Shown piece after piece: positions 49,891 through 63,284 of a stretch of DNA of 64,000 nt (position 1 is its first letter; the number at the start of each line of letters is the position of its first letter). The position numbers and the translations under genes were made by a program. Below the pieces are notes generated by a model that did no database searches, was not told the DNA's origin, and saw only the letters and a program-made list of their open reading frames with translations. Location: contig CM060732.1 of assembly GCA_030704615.1 (NCBI GenBank), positions 54,622,001-54,686,000 of the forward strand. Direction: 5' to 3'. The DNA comes from Takakia lepidozioides. Lineage: Eukaryota > Plantae > Bryophyta.

Positions 49891-52800
49891 GTATGTACTT
49901 ATCCCACTGTTTGTTGTTTATGGAGAATTTGATATTGAAAGTGTTTTCCACTTGCACTTTTACTTTATCATTTTTTCTACAAATCTTCCACATTTCAGTT
50001 GACATTTGTCATATGAAAAATTATTTTTCCCAATCACATTCAAGGAGCGAATTCGATAAGAAGAAGAAGAGCTTCGTGATTGGTAAGAATGGCGGGCTTC
50101 CCGGCATGCTTCAAGGGCATCAAGAGATTCAACAAGTAGAGTTCCAAGTAACATTTTGGATGATAATGTTACTACTAGGTTCGAGTTCTCTTAAAGTATT
50201 TCCGTTTCCTCTAGTGCGGAGACCGTTGCAAGTGGTTGTGGTAACCGGAGGCGTCTTCAAACACATGCCTTGACTGCGAGCCGCTTGGGAGGAGGCTCTG
50301 TAATATTAATGGGTTAGTGTAAGCCGTTGTATGGCTTCGAGCCGCTGGATAACATTAAGTCCAACGGATGTACAGTTGATGTTACATTATGTCTGACTCC
50401 AACGCCAAAGTTGCAATCTCTAATAAAATATGAATGTTTATCATCAATGTATGCGGACACATTCTTTCTTGTCATCCTCTTCATCACATGCCATGATTGT
50501 TCTATGTTTGGTTTTGTATGTATATGACAACCATTTTGTGCAAAAAGTTTTATATATCTGACCTCACATCATGGTGTAATTTATTGCATCCTCCCCATTT
50601 TTTTTCGTGAACGTCAACTTGACAGTGGATGTTCTTCTAAAACCACAATACATACTTATATTGTCTCCAAAAAATGTTTGGAGGATTATTGTTCATGGTT
50701 ATATTGTGCATAAAATAGCCAAAATAATCATATACATCGCATTATTTCAATAATAAATTTTATTTATTCATATTTATCATATTATTTCTAGACCAAAAAA
50801 AAGTCCAGAATTAGTTAAAATAGTGTTTTGTGTGTCTAGTTGTAAAGTCCATATAATGAATTGGTTTGCACAAATAGGTTTTTCAGATGGCAAATCTCCA
50901 TCTCAGAGGCATGATTGACCTGGACAAGCGCTATTTGTATCATATAAGAGTCATTGATGGAAAAGGAATGTCAACCCAACTTCGCCAATGGATCAGGATT
51001 TGCAATGGGCTATGCACTCATGATTCTTCACTTGGTTCTTTTCTTATCCACTTGGTGATCTGCAGTTTGACCCGTTATCCTTGTTATAATCAAAGTGGAC
51101 AACATCGTTGTCAACACCTCATGAGGATGGTGTCTTGCATTGGCTCATACACGTTTATGGATCCAATGTATGTTCCGAAGCTGGCTCCGATATTTGGAGT
51201 GACGTCAAGTATGTTACAGGAAGGAAGGGTATTGCAATTACCCTTTGTGGGGGGGGGAGCCATATTTCTTCTCTTCCCACTGGAGGGGTTGGGTTAACCG
51301 AATCATCGGTGCAGTCAAAAACCCGAATATCATACATATCATCGCAGGGCAGAGAAGAAGTCCCCTGAAAGGTAAGAAGCCCGTCTATAGAAGCCGAAAA
51401 GGAAAGACCTTTAGTAGAATTCCCTAGAAAGGACATGAGCAGCATCGCCTTACAAGGAGGTCCTCTTTGGCATCCTTCCCATAACGGAGGAAGACCCCAA
51501 ACATGTCCACCAGAAGGATAGGGGAATATTCAGTTTCAACTGCTGACTCAAGTCCCAACTGCATGATCCCAATTATGAAGCACGAATTATTTTGGAGATA
51601 CAAATTTTTTATGTTCACTTCTTGTAATTATTGAACATATGAGATCAACCATACCATATCAATTGATACATTCAGCCACCAAGCTACCCGCCATTTTCCT
51701 GCAACAAATCAAAATTTTAATCCTTTACTCTATAATGCTAGCACAAAGGCTAGGGACTGGCGATTTGACTGCGGACCCTGCCAAGGGCGTCGAGTCTCCG
51801 GCGGGCTACAATACCGGCAGGCATGCGCGCATTCAACTCCCATTCTATGTCTAGGGTCTTTTGTGGTGATGAAGGAGCATACAATAATGCACTGAAATTA
51901 GACCCATTGGTCTGACACTAAACTGAGAGGATGTCTAACATTGTTGGACTTATTAGGGGGTTCCAGACTAGCGACTGGACAAACGACTAAACTCTCTGAT
52001 TGGTTGAACCTCAGGTCTTGTCCATCGCATACTTTCAGACATGGCTTTGTCAGCACCCCCCAACATGCCTTGTCATTGCTCTATATTTGCCACTTCGGTG
52101 CACAAAGCACAACACATTTGGTGCCACCGTAGTAATAAGCATGCCCCAAATCTTCCCCAATGGACAAAACCCGAACCAACAAAACCAAACAGGCCTCTCC
52201 TCGCCTCTTTGTTGGCTCCACATAAACAACCTCATTTTGCTGTATTTGGTACCCTAACCCTAACCCTATTTTTTTAAAGGTAATTTACCCCCCCCCCGGG
52301 CTTTATTGCTGTGGTGTATAAGCGCAGGCAAAGCCAGGGTTGAGGCAGCAACGGGCATGCAAACACATGCAGAGCACAGCCCCCCCTCCTTTATATACCC
52401 GCCGGCCGGCGGGCCCTGCCCCGGCAACCGGGCGGTGGAGCTTCCAAAAGGCCGGTCTACCCCTCCGCTGCCGACACTTGTGCATCCCTGCACTTAACAC
52501 CTGTCCACTTGCCATCCAGAAAGACACCTGTACACTACACTTCAAAATGCTCCCACGCATGGACCTTAAAAAATCGGGATTTGGGACCTTATTATTATTA
52601 TTATTATATTAAATTGCGCAATGCAAACTTTAGACTGGCCGCGCACTAATAGTGGATGAGAATTAGGCAGGTGCACGTTCATTCGTTCACACGCTCATAC
52701 CAGCAGTCGTCTGCCACGTGCGAGAGTGCTGACCCGGGCTGTAGCAGTGTGCGGCTCTAGTGAGAGCGGAGGATGGCTGCAGTGATGTGTGCCAGGGATT

Positions 52801-54108
52801 GCAGAGATTTTTGTGTCGTGCTCTTGTTTGGGTAATTCGGGACCCTGCTCTGCTCTAATGCGGGGATTTCAGAGATGAGCAGCTGATTCTGTTCGACCTT
52901 GTCAAGATTCATACATGGCATGAGCTGTTCCCCTTAAATGCTTCTCATTGATCTCAGGTGCGGGCCAGGATGTAGGTTCTGTTAGAATCCTCCCACTGTT
53001 TTGAAGCTTTGGTTACGCATTGATTGTCTGCTAAGTTTGAGGAGCTGTGTTCAGTGTTTCTGGTAGTGATAAGCACAATTGGAGCCGACTGGGAGCTGCA
53101 CGGATTTCGAGAAAAGATAGCTGCCACGCAACATCAAGCTGGAGGTAGTACAAGTTGGCAATTCGCTTGTAAGCTAAAATTGTTGGGCTCTCTTTTCTGT
53201 CAGGTCGTAAGTTTGTGTCTCCCTCTTTGTGGGAATGTCTGTAACCCCGGCGAGGTTTTGGTGCAATTAGTTGATGGAGAGATTGCTATTCATTTACATG
53301 ATGCGTTAAGCTACGCGTTGCCACAATGTAGCTGTCGATGGTCCAGATGAGAAATGCCTTCCGAAAGTTATGTGTGTGCTTTGTTTTCGGGCGGATGAGG
53401 TAGACAAGATAGGACGAGAGCAGAACGGCGACACTGCTTTCTCTGGAATCTCAAGTCTCCAATGGTGAATTGCATTATTTTAATGAGATCCCGGAAGGAC
53501 CCTGACCTCATAATTTATTATATATGTTTGAGGTTGTCTGAAAGAGAGGGAGATGGTGTTCTGAAGGTAGATGAAGGGTGTGATGAAATCCTGGGCAGCG
53601 GAGCGCGGTAGACGTTGCCTGTAGTCTTTGTAGAACTATGCAAATCGCGGAGGGTGTGAACAATACTGTTGGTAGTAAAATGGAGATCTGGAAATGTATC
53701 AGCTTCCGAGGAGGAGTCAGTGTCCTCGAAAATTCTTAAGGACAGAAAAGCTGTTGCAAGATAGAGTAGGGTTTGTGTAGGTAGCAGATAGTTTCTGTCA
53801 CTCCAATTACAGCACACAAATATTTCAGGGACACTGACAGTGCACCACACTTCCTGCCTGCATCTCCTGAGTGTTGGAGTATTGTGCACTATCATCAAAC
53901 TCTTGCACATTGTAAACCAGTTGATATGGGCACTAATAGTCGACCTTGATCCTGCCATTGTCTTTCATCTTCCAGGTCTGGAGGAGGCAGACAACTGTCC
54001 TTAAACAGCTTCATCCACTTTCTTGGAGGCGACTTCGCACTGTGGCTCCCCATTACCGAACTTCCTTTTCTCCACACAGTAATATCCACTGCAGCCAAGA
54101 CAGTGGAC

Positions 54109-57100
54109 ATGGGCTGCCTGGAAGTCTCACGGCTTGCAATCTCTCTGGCATGTGGAGGCCAAGACTTTATTTATGGAAGTGACAGTAAGGTTGTACATGA
54201 TCGGAGGGATGTTCCGCACTCAGTTCATTGTCTCAGTTTTCAAGCTTTCTTTGAAGCAAAGGGCTTAGACAGGAGGAGGATGAGCGAGAAAAGGGTTCAG
54301 ATTGTTGCCCCATTTTGCCAGCAGCTTGACAGCAATGAGTTGCACCCAAGGAGGTCCCATATTCGGCAGCACCAACTGGTGGTTAGGAATGCGCTAAGCT
54401 TGGAGAAACTTCGAGTACAAGGGAGTGAATCTTTAATCACTGAAATGAAACCTAAGATGCCTTCCAAACCAGGTTGTATATTCCAGGCATTTGGTTGGAA
54501 ATCCCACCTCCAAGTTGGTGGGAAAATGTTTTATGAAAGAATGATAGATCTTGCACCAGAGTTCAAGGTTGCTGGCTTCACCCATATTTTATTTCCACCA
54601 TGCACAAGGGCAGGAGATCCACAAGGTATTTGCAGGTTTTGCTCTTCTAGCCCCCAACCTCACTATCGCTATGTCTTCTTCATTTTTTGCTCCAGCCCCT
54701 TCTTTGTTTGGTTGACCCTTTGTTTTGAGTGTCTCTCTCTACCGTAAAGCCTGTCGACCCTCCTCCCTCTCTTGAATGCAATTCTCACCCCTGTTCTGTA
54801 TCCCCCTCAAATTCTCTGCAACTGCAATCTGAGTGAAGGAAATGTTTGCATGGGCTGATGAATACTCCTTAAAATTGGTTTGGTCGTGTACTCACCTACA
54901 TGTGATGTATCTATCATGGGCTGTGGCAGGGTTCATGCCGCAAGACTTTTATGACTTGGATTCAGCATATGGTTCTGAAGCACAGCTTAGAGCTGCAGTT
55001 ACCACTCTTCATAAATATGGAATATATGTCATCGCTGATGTTGTCTTGCATCAGTTTGTTGGGAGCGGACCAGCCCACGCGGCTGCCTGGAACAAGGCTG
55101 GCACTATATTGGACTCGGTATCTGTTTCTTATTCTCTTCCTCTTTCTTGTGTATCTCACCTCTCAGTGAAAACCTCTGGCAGGAATTTGGGAAGTAGACA
55201 AGTTCGTGAACTACCGACTACAAGATTATACATGGTTGTCTTGATATTGGTCCATATATTTCTATTCAATTGTATCCAGGACTGAGAAAAACTGGGGCTT
55301 CAGGTATATGTGAGGTTGTATTTTCATGGGTAACGAAGGTAAAAGACAACTAAGGAGAGGTTGGGAAATCTTTTCATTCTGACTGAGGTTGTGTCTGTCA
55401 ACAGGAAATTGAATGGGATGAGTGGTTAGTCGACCGAAGGTTTGAAGATGAACAAGAAATGCCTGAGATTGCTGACGCTGACGTCACGAGGAGTTCTTGC
55501 ATTGATCACTCAAATCCTAACTATCAGAATGATGTGAAGGGGTGGTTATTCTGGCTTAAGAAAGACGTTGGCTTTGATGTATGTGTCGTGGCCTTACACT
55601 TAAGCGCTTGAATCCTTACACTGTATAATCTCATTGTCAAGTGTTCAAGTGAAAGTAAATCATGTATAAACTGGCAGGCAGAGAGGGCAAGAGAAGCAGC
55701 TGTGTCATTTTCATCATCATCTATTTTGGAACTTGCTTTGGTGCTGAAGCAAAGGCCTGTTGAAGTATCCGGTTGATCCTGAAGGTCTATGTGTTGCAAT
55801 TCATGGCAGGGATGGTGCTTTGATTATGCAAAAACACATGATCCCAAGATCTTTCAAATGTAGGTACAATCATTTGTTTTGAATGAAGTCATTATCTGCA
55901 TTGTGAGATATAAGCAAGTGCAAAAACACATGATCCCAAGATCTTTCAAATGTAGGTACAATCATTTGTTTTGAATGAAGTCATTATCTGCATTGTGAGA
56001 TATAACCACTTTCTTGGCACCAGGTTTTTCGACTGCGGACCCATCTTTGGTCTTGTCACATTTTCATAGTGAAATTTGTATTGGCTAATGTTGAGTAGCC
56101 CTTTTTGTATGAGCATTACAGCTTTTGAAGGAATTTCACCTGGATTTGATGACAGATATGGACAGGAAACCAGCCCGCAAATTGCACTTGGAGATGTCTG
56201 GCACCCTATGCGGTAGGATCTGAACCTTTACCTGCCAGGATGTCTGTACTTTGGGAGCAAAGAATGGGGTTGCTTATATGGACTATCTTGTCTAGTTTCG
56301 TTGTGAATCAGACAGTTCATACATCCTGCTCTTTAAGCAATTTTTGGAGCCTTGCTTGATGGAACAAGTGGATTAGCTGTCGCACATGTTTAGAGGGCAA
56401 ATGCACTACGTCTGGCGAGTTCGAGTTCTAACCCTGTGAGGGAACTCTGCCTGTGCTGATTGTGCAGGTACAATGGCACCTATTTGGAGTACAATCAAGG
56501 TACCCAGTCAACGTCTTTTCTTTCCAACCTTGGCAGCTGTTCTGGCTGTAGCCTTCGTTAAGTGTTCATTGACATGAGATGCAATCAGCGCAACTAGACT
56601 CCTCCAGATAACCCGTGATTCGGGGTTAGCCATGAATGTGACTTGACCTTGGTGAGTACATGACACCTTTTCTGTGAAGTGGAGGATGAATTTAGTTCAT
56701 CTACTGATTAGCTTCTCATGTTTGGTCATCCTCTTCTAGTTTTAGCTTTAGCAGGCAGTTTTGTCACTCGTGTTAGGCATAGCTGAATGTAAGTTGGGTT
56801 GGATTTGGAAAACTGCATCTTTGTTGTTAGCAGATGACCATCGGCAACAACTGTGTGACTGGGTAAATGTTTCTGGCGGCACAGCAAAAGTTTTTGATTA
56901 CACAACAAAGGTAATAGTGCCACTTTCCTTTGCACCTCAAAGACTGAGCTCTGAAACATCTAAAGTTGCTCAGCGGCATACTGGTCTCCCTAGCTGTCTC
57001 GATTGTTTGGTCAACGAATAAAGTTTAATTTGTTATGTCAACAAGATCAAGGGAATACCGTGCTTGTAGTTTACTGAGTTGAAGTTCTCTGGGTAAATAC

Positions 57101-57945
57101 CAACCTGTAGGGTCATGGTATCAACCAACGTGTTGCCTGTCTAGCCTACTTTATGATTTCAGCTCTGAGTTCAAGGTGGTTGATCCATACTGAAGTTGCT
57201 ACCAAAATGGTTTACTTGTCTTTATACCTTGAGCACAAAGAAACTTTGTCACTTTACAGATGGTTGATCCTATTTTAGGTCAATTTGATTTGGTATAGTC
57301 TGATTCTATGCAGGGTATACTTCAGCGGGCAGTTGAGCACACGGAATACTGGCGGTTGAGTGATCGTGAAGGAAAACCATCTGGCCTACTTGGATGGTGG
57401 CCTGAAATGGCAAGAAATAAAAGCCACTTTCTGATGTGCATCAAGGCTGATGCAGTTATTTGATATTGGTAGTATAATTTCCTGTGCAGGTTTCAGAATT
57501 GTTTTATACGATCAAGTGTATCCAGGGATGATGATTGATTGGTAGATCCAATTTTGCTGTGTGTACTCTGGGATATAGATAAGTGCTTCAATCAGTAGTG
57601 TTGTGGAAAGTGACATGAATGGTCTTGATGCTAAGCAGGCTATTACATTCTTGGACAACCATAGCACGGGCTCAGAACCGAAGCTCTGGCCATATCCAAC
57701 ATGGCGCAGCGAGTTGGGGTATGCATGATTTTGCCCCATCTAAATGGAGAGAATATATTGGTCCCATGCAGATCATGCCTATGATATACTCTTAGGGCAT
57801 AGTCTGAGACTCAGCCTGAAATTGTCATGGAGTGCTTGCACACTCCCTATAGCAATCTTGTTACTGCAGATTGGCATCATGCGTATACGCAGAATGTTGG
57901 TTGCAACACTGAAAAATTGTGCACACGTTTGCATGTATGTGTGTT

Positions 57946-57986
<41 letters not shown>

Positions 57987-59186
57987 TCAGGCAGCTTCTG
58001 TGGCCTTCCAGGTGTGGGTCCAGTTCCCAACAGAATAGGAACTGATGGTGCCCCATGCAGGCACTGTGAGCCAGTGGTGCTTTAGTTCTTGGAAAATTCT
58101 CAGACCAGTCTAATATATTTTTACTGGAGCATTTGGTGAGGGACTGTTCTAGACTATGATGACACTCAGATATATAACACTCAGATATATGTTTGTTATG
58201 ACAGATATGTGTACATTCTCACACATCCTGGCACACCGTGTGTCTTTGCTGAGGATTTTCAAGACGTAAACCTACAGGTATTGTACATAGTTGAGAGGGA
58301 TTTGTCAAACTAGTCCGATACGTAATCTCTATCTTCCACCATTCATTGAGTTGCTGCTTGAAGTATTGGCATAAATTGACTGCATGAGGCAAGGAACTTA
58401 TAGCCAAAGCAAGGTTGCCTGGCCAGCCCAATCAAGATTATGTCAGTAGGGATGTCACAATAAGCTAGGTTGCTTGAGACCCAAAGCTCTACAAACCCAT
58501 GTTGAGTCATATATATTACCTGAGACTGAAGTGGAAGTTGATGTGACATTTTGCAGATACGTATTAGGTCGCTGCTTGCTATAAGGAGGCAATGGGGGAT
58601 TTGCTGTGATAGCCCAATTAGCATTCTGAAGTGCGACGCGGATCTGTATGTTGCCAAGATCGGCAGTGTAGTTGATGGCCCAGACTTCAAGGGGATATTT
58701 GTCAAGCTTGGCCCCACGTTTGATTTGCGTGGTTTTCTTCCTCGTATGTGCTTCTCTAGCCCGGCAACTACTCATAAGCAATGTCAAATTTATAGGCCTT
58801 CTTGCATTTTGCTCCTGATATACAATTGGAAACTGTCTTGACATAAAGCTAGACCATTTCCAACACATAAACAGACAGGTAGAAATACTATTGGAGTGAT
58901 CACTGTCAAAACATCCCTACTTGTTCTCTTCCTGTGTAGCTGGTGGGTATCCTACTTCTTCACCTTTGGAATTCATGTGAAAGATTTGAGCAACTTGGCC
59001 AATTTTGTGAGGGGTCCTTGAAGTATCAATAAACCCGTTTTTGTAATTCGGCTGGGAAAATATGCACAGTTTGGAAAGCTTTTGACTCACGTCTATGGAT
59101 GTGCAGCACCTGACTTTCAAGTAGCCCTATCCGGTCAGGATTTTGCAGTATGGGAGAGGGCAACGATTCAGGAAACTCAAGACTAA
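54109..59186 (+). CDS. Plant alpha-amylase-like protein (GH13), 12 exons, frame intact but catalytic motifs altered
   Basis: Hand-spliced exons (approximate): 54109-54625, 54930-55117, 55405-55578, 55810-55859, 56156-56212, 56468-56499, 56834-56910, 57314-57409, 57639-57718, 58206-58277, 58557-58743, 59107-59186. Motifs IFQAFGWKSH, YDLDSAYGS, IDHSNP, FDYTTKGILQ, GWWP, YILTHPGTP and GQDFAVWER. Confidence 0.85.
55827..56005 (+). repeat. Perfect 87-bp tandem duplication spanning an exon 3' end and its donor site
   Basis: 55827-55913 is identical to 55919-56005. Confidence 0.95.
57947..57985. repeat. Compound (GT)n(GA)n microsatellite in an intron
   Basis: Read directly from the sequence. Confidence 0.9.
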
Positions 59187-60650
59187 GGAGGCGTTTGGCT
59201 CAAAGAGATTTGACTTTTGCATCCTCCTTACCTAGTCCTTTCTTGCAGTCCACAAATTTGGGCATTTTAGTTCCCAAACAACAGGGACCAAAGTCATATG
59301 ATATAGGTATTTTGATCTATGTGGTGTCTTACTAGCTCAGAATCTCTAATGCCCAGGGCACAGGATTACAATACCTCATTGACAACAACAGAGCAGTAGT
59401 GGGAGAGTCAGAGTTCATGGTTAGTAAAAAACTGCTTGACATGTCACCCTGAATATCCGACTGAGTTTTGCAGTTTTGTCTTTGAAGGCAACACTTGCTG
59501 AGGTCAACCTCTTCAACTTGTTTTTTTTGCTCTCTGTGATGCATGGTCCCCAGGTAAAACATGGGGATATACCTTCAAAGTATTCTTCCATGACAAACAT
59601 GACAATGCTCCCTACACTACAGTCTGCCTTAACCAACAGGGTGTGCCTGCAGCATTGGATTGGGCTCCTTGCAAACAAGACGGGAGAGTATATCAGTGAA
59701 TCACTGGGTCTTGACCAAAAGCTTCTCAAACTTACATGAAATAGCCGTCCTTCATATGAATCCTGCTTCCTAAACCAGTAAAATATAGTGATTAGAGAGG
59801 GCTCTAAAGCAGATTCACACGAGGATTGGAGACTCTGAAAGCTCTATCTCTGCTGTTCCAAGATGTGCACACTAAGAAATCACCCACTAATCATGAGAGG
59901 AGGAAAGTAAGGGATTGTGGCAGTGAAGTAACAAATGAAGTAAGTAAACAGACAAGAACAGACTTCAAATTGTGAAAATGATGTGTGGCTACCACCAAAC
60001 TCCACTATTCTTTTCAAGACTACATACTTCACCAGAAGATATAGTTGAAGACAGTGGATCATGAGATGTGACTCACACAATTTGATCCCCATGCAAATAT
60101 TAACTCCAATTTCCTCTCTACAGATTTCATACCAGGTGGTGAAGAAACACCACCATAACTAACTGCTAATACAATATTCTTCACTCAGTTAACCAAAACA
60201 ATTCTTTCACTCTGCAAATGCAATTTATATTGGCTTCAACAAGTGCAATGTCAAACATACAAGAAAGTCAGGGGGAAAATATGCAAGCCAATGATATACA
60301 ACTACTCGTTTTATCAACATCTCAAAAAGTAATGGGCAATATCCACAAAAGAAGATTTGCGCCAAACAACTCTGAAGAAGTTCGTAGACACCTTGGCCAA
60401 CAAATTTCTGTAGCCTCTATACTAAGATCTACTTTGCATAAAACATTTCTGACACTTGTAGTTGAGACTGAGAATTACATTTCAGTGAAAAGTCTCACAG
60501 CCCAAGACCCAACCTGAAAGATATTTTTTTGATACATCTAAAGACAAGTTTGCTACCGGACAGGGAGATTGGGGGGGGGGGGGGGGAATGGATAAGCATG
60601 AAACAGGGGAAGGATCCAGTCTGGCAATCCCCAAAACAACACAAGTACTG

Positions 60651-62087
60651 TCAGTGCTGTGCCCATTGAATGCTCTTCAGATCAATGCCCTCCTGTACCA
60701 TTTCCCACAAGGGACTCATCTTTCTCAACTTCTGCACTTGGTCAACCGTCAGATCAATGGCCCTCTGAATCTCTTCTTTGGTGGTGAACCTTCCAATGCC
60801 AAACCTAATGGATGTGTGCGCCATATCCTCCTCCACCCCCAAGGCTCGAAGCACATAAGATGGCTCAAGACTGGCACTTGTGCAGGCACTTCCACTTGAT
60901 ACAGCCACTTCTTTGAGCCCCATCAGCAAACTCTCTCCTTCCACATAGGCAAAGGAGAGGTTCAGATTACCTACATACCGATGCTGCATGCTACCATTCA
61001 CAATTACCCCTTCCAACTGCGAGGTGATGCCCTTATAGAGCTGCTCTGTCAGCTCCTGGATGTGCCTTTCGTCATGCCTCATTTCTTGCATGGCAATTTC
61101 ACAGGCAGCCCCCATCCCTACAACCAAAGGAGTGGCAACAGTACCACTTCGTATACCCCTCTCTTGGCCCCCACCACTCATTTGAGCCTCTACACGGACC
61201 CGGGGCCTCCTCCGCATGTACAAAGCTCCAATCCCTTTGGGTCCATAAATTTTGTGGGCACTCAAGGACATCAAATCCACCTTCATCTCATCAACATTGA
61301 TGGGAATCTTCCCCGCTGCCTGAGCTGCATCTGTGTGCAGAAATATTTTCTTCTGTCGACAAATCGCTCCAATCTCAGCCATCGGTTGGATAACGCCAAT
61401 CTCATTGTTGACAGTCATGATTGATACGAGTCCCGTATCAGGCCGGATGGCAGCCTGCAGCTCATCGATGTCGATAAGACCGTCTTTCTTCACAGGAAGG
61501 TACGTGACATCAAAGCCTTCCTGCTGCAGATGCCGGCAGGAATCCAGCACACACTTGTGCTCGGTCTGTGTCGTGATCACATGCTTCTTCTTCTCTTTGT
61601 AGAAATGCATTACTCCTTTGATTGCAATATTATTAGCCTCTGTCGCGCCCGACGTGAATATGATCTCTTTAGGGTCAGCACCGATCAGCTTCCCAATTTG
61701 AGCCCTTGCTTTCTCCACGGCGTCGTCACTTTCCCAACCATACATGTGAGTCCTTGAATGAGGATTTCCAAACTGATCCAAGTAGTAAGGAAGCATCGCG
61801 TCAAGAACACGGGGGTCTACAGGAGATGTTGCCTGCATGTCCAAGTAGAGAGGCCGCCCAGCCATTCTCACACCCTTCATTGTAATTCCCTCAGGTTCAT
61901 CGTCTTGCACAGCAACCGCTGCCGCCGTCGACTGCGATTTCACAAATGATTGCACAGGGGCCCTCGGAGAAACGCAACGGCATTGAGAAAGAAATTCACC
62001 TGTACGATGCTGCGCTGCAAGAGAATCTCTGGCCCTCCAAAACTGGGAAACCCACCTAGCCCCTATCTGCCGCATCTCTGCTCCCAT
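60651..62087 (-). CDS. NFS1: Mitochondrial cysteine desulfurase (IscS/Nfs1), single exon
   Basis: [37 protein letters not shown] (PLP Lys), [17 protein letters not shown] (catalytic Cys) and C-terminal IQWAQH. The N-terminus is Arg/Ser-rich and presequence-like. The first ATG is at 62087. Confidence 0.96.
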   Translation of the reverse strand: MGAEMRQIGARWVSQFWRARDSLAAQHRTGEFLSQCRCVSPRAPVQSFVKSQSTAAAVAVQDDEPEGITMKGVRMAGRPLYLDMQATSPVDPRVLDAMLPYYLDQFGNPHSRTHMYGWESDDAVEKARAQIGKLIGADPKEIIFTSGATEANNIAIKGVMHFYKEKKKHVITTQTEHKCVLDSCRHLQQEGFDVTYLPVKKDGLIDIDELQAAIRPDTGLVSIMTVNNEIGVIQPMAEIGAICRQKKIFLHTDAAQAAGKIPINVDEMKVDLMSLSAHKIYGPKGIGALYMRRRPRVRVEAQMSGGGQERGIRSGTVATPLVVGMGAACEIAMQEMRHDERHIQELTEQLYKGITSQLEGVIVNGSMQHRYVGNLNLSFAYVEGESLLMGLKEVAVSSGSACTSASLEPSYVLRALGVEEDMAHTSIRFGIGRFTTKEEIQRAIDLTVDQVQKLRKMSPLWEMVQEGIDLKSIQWAQH

Positions 62088-63284
62088 CACCACCCCTCAA
62101 CAACAAAACCTATGATCGAATCTGCCTCTTGAAAGAGCCCGCAACCTGTCTGTCTCCAACCCTTCTCGGAACTCCTTGTCTCAACTCAACTCATCGCCCC
62201 TTCTCACTCCCGAACACCAGCGCCACATACAAAGGTGTAATATTAAAACCCAACTGCAGAAGGTAACGTCTCAAATGACCTAACAAACACTGTTAATATA
62301 GCCTGTCTCTCTGACCCTATCCTCTCTCCCTCTCAATACTTCCTAATAAAATAAGAGGGTTGCAAGCAGAAATTTTTCGGGCGGTGGGAAGGAATCTAGA
62401 CTAAAAGGGCGGCTTCGTGGCCTGCGGAGATGGAGAGACCTCGCTGCAAGGGACGATTGTTGTCATGCCCGTCACACCATTCGCTCGTGACACGGACGAT
62501 GCCACATGGGCCCCAGCGCGGTCCAAGCTCCAAGCCAGGTCCCACTCCTCTCTCGAAACTCGCCCACACTCAGATATGGCTGCCACGCCCTGTCAACAGA
62601 ACCGTTAGGCCACCAGTTCCCTTTTACTTAGCAAATTCCAGATATCATTTGTTCCTCTTTCGCTGGGGAGAAATATGGGCCCTTTACAAATAGCACCTTG
62701 CAAGTTGTAAGCATAGCAGGTGAATTCAGCCCATAAGCTTCCAGGGATACATAGGGCTTGTATCTGTTTCTGAAGAACCTCAGTCAGGCAAGTGGTTGAT
62801 CTCAGAGTATTGTACTGGTGGTGAGAAGCTTCAAGGACACTGTCCTTTGGAGAAGTATGGGTGGGTTGCAATTGAACCTCACGAAAGCTTAAACGCATAG
62901 TACCGGTCGAAATCGGCACATACTTCACTAGAGCATTTTCTATGTCAATAAAGCTTGGGAGTAGAGGGTTCTACAAAGCCATAATCAGCCATCTCCTGAG
63001 GTATTGATAGAATAATATTGCACTGGTGTGGGGAGACTTTGGAGGAGCTTTACTGTCAAGAAATACAGACCAGAATGTGAGCATGGCATAGCAAGAGTAA
63101 ATTCAGGCCATACTTACACCAGGAATTTTTCTGCCCTAAAGCTCTAGAGTAATGGGTTTCACAAAAACTACAAGCTCGAAGCTAAAGAAGTCTGTAAAAT
63201 AGCCCAAAACATTCTTACTCAAATTGGCGATGTAATCCTTGTTCTAGTGTCAAAAAGTGGATGTATGCTGAAGATTCTCATCAC

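Larger units (their letters stand above)
40071..50827 (-). mobile_element. Sola-like (DUF7869-type DDD transposase) DNA transposon, 10.76 kb, 29-bp TIRs, 4-bp TSD
   Basis: TIR AACACTATTTTAATTAAGTCTGGACTTTT (40071-40099) matches the reverse complement of 50799-50827 with 2 mismatches. TSD TTGT lies at 40067-40070 and 50828-50831. An internal transposase remnant is present. Confidence 0.8.

Noticed and set aside
40073-50825. CACTA...TAGTG inside the large DNA transposon ends suggests the CACTA superfamily
   Set aside because: There is no 3-bp TSD at those positions. Extending the TIR by 2 bp gives a 4-bp TSD, and the transposase motifs are not TnpD-like.
50890-51400. WLIHVYGSN...IW...GG fragment resembling a LINE endonuclease
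   Set aside because: Too short and degenerate to support as a feature.
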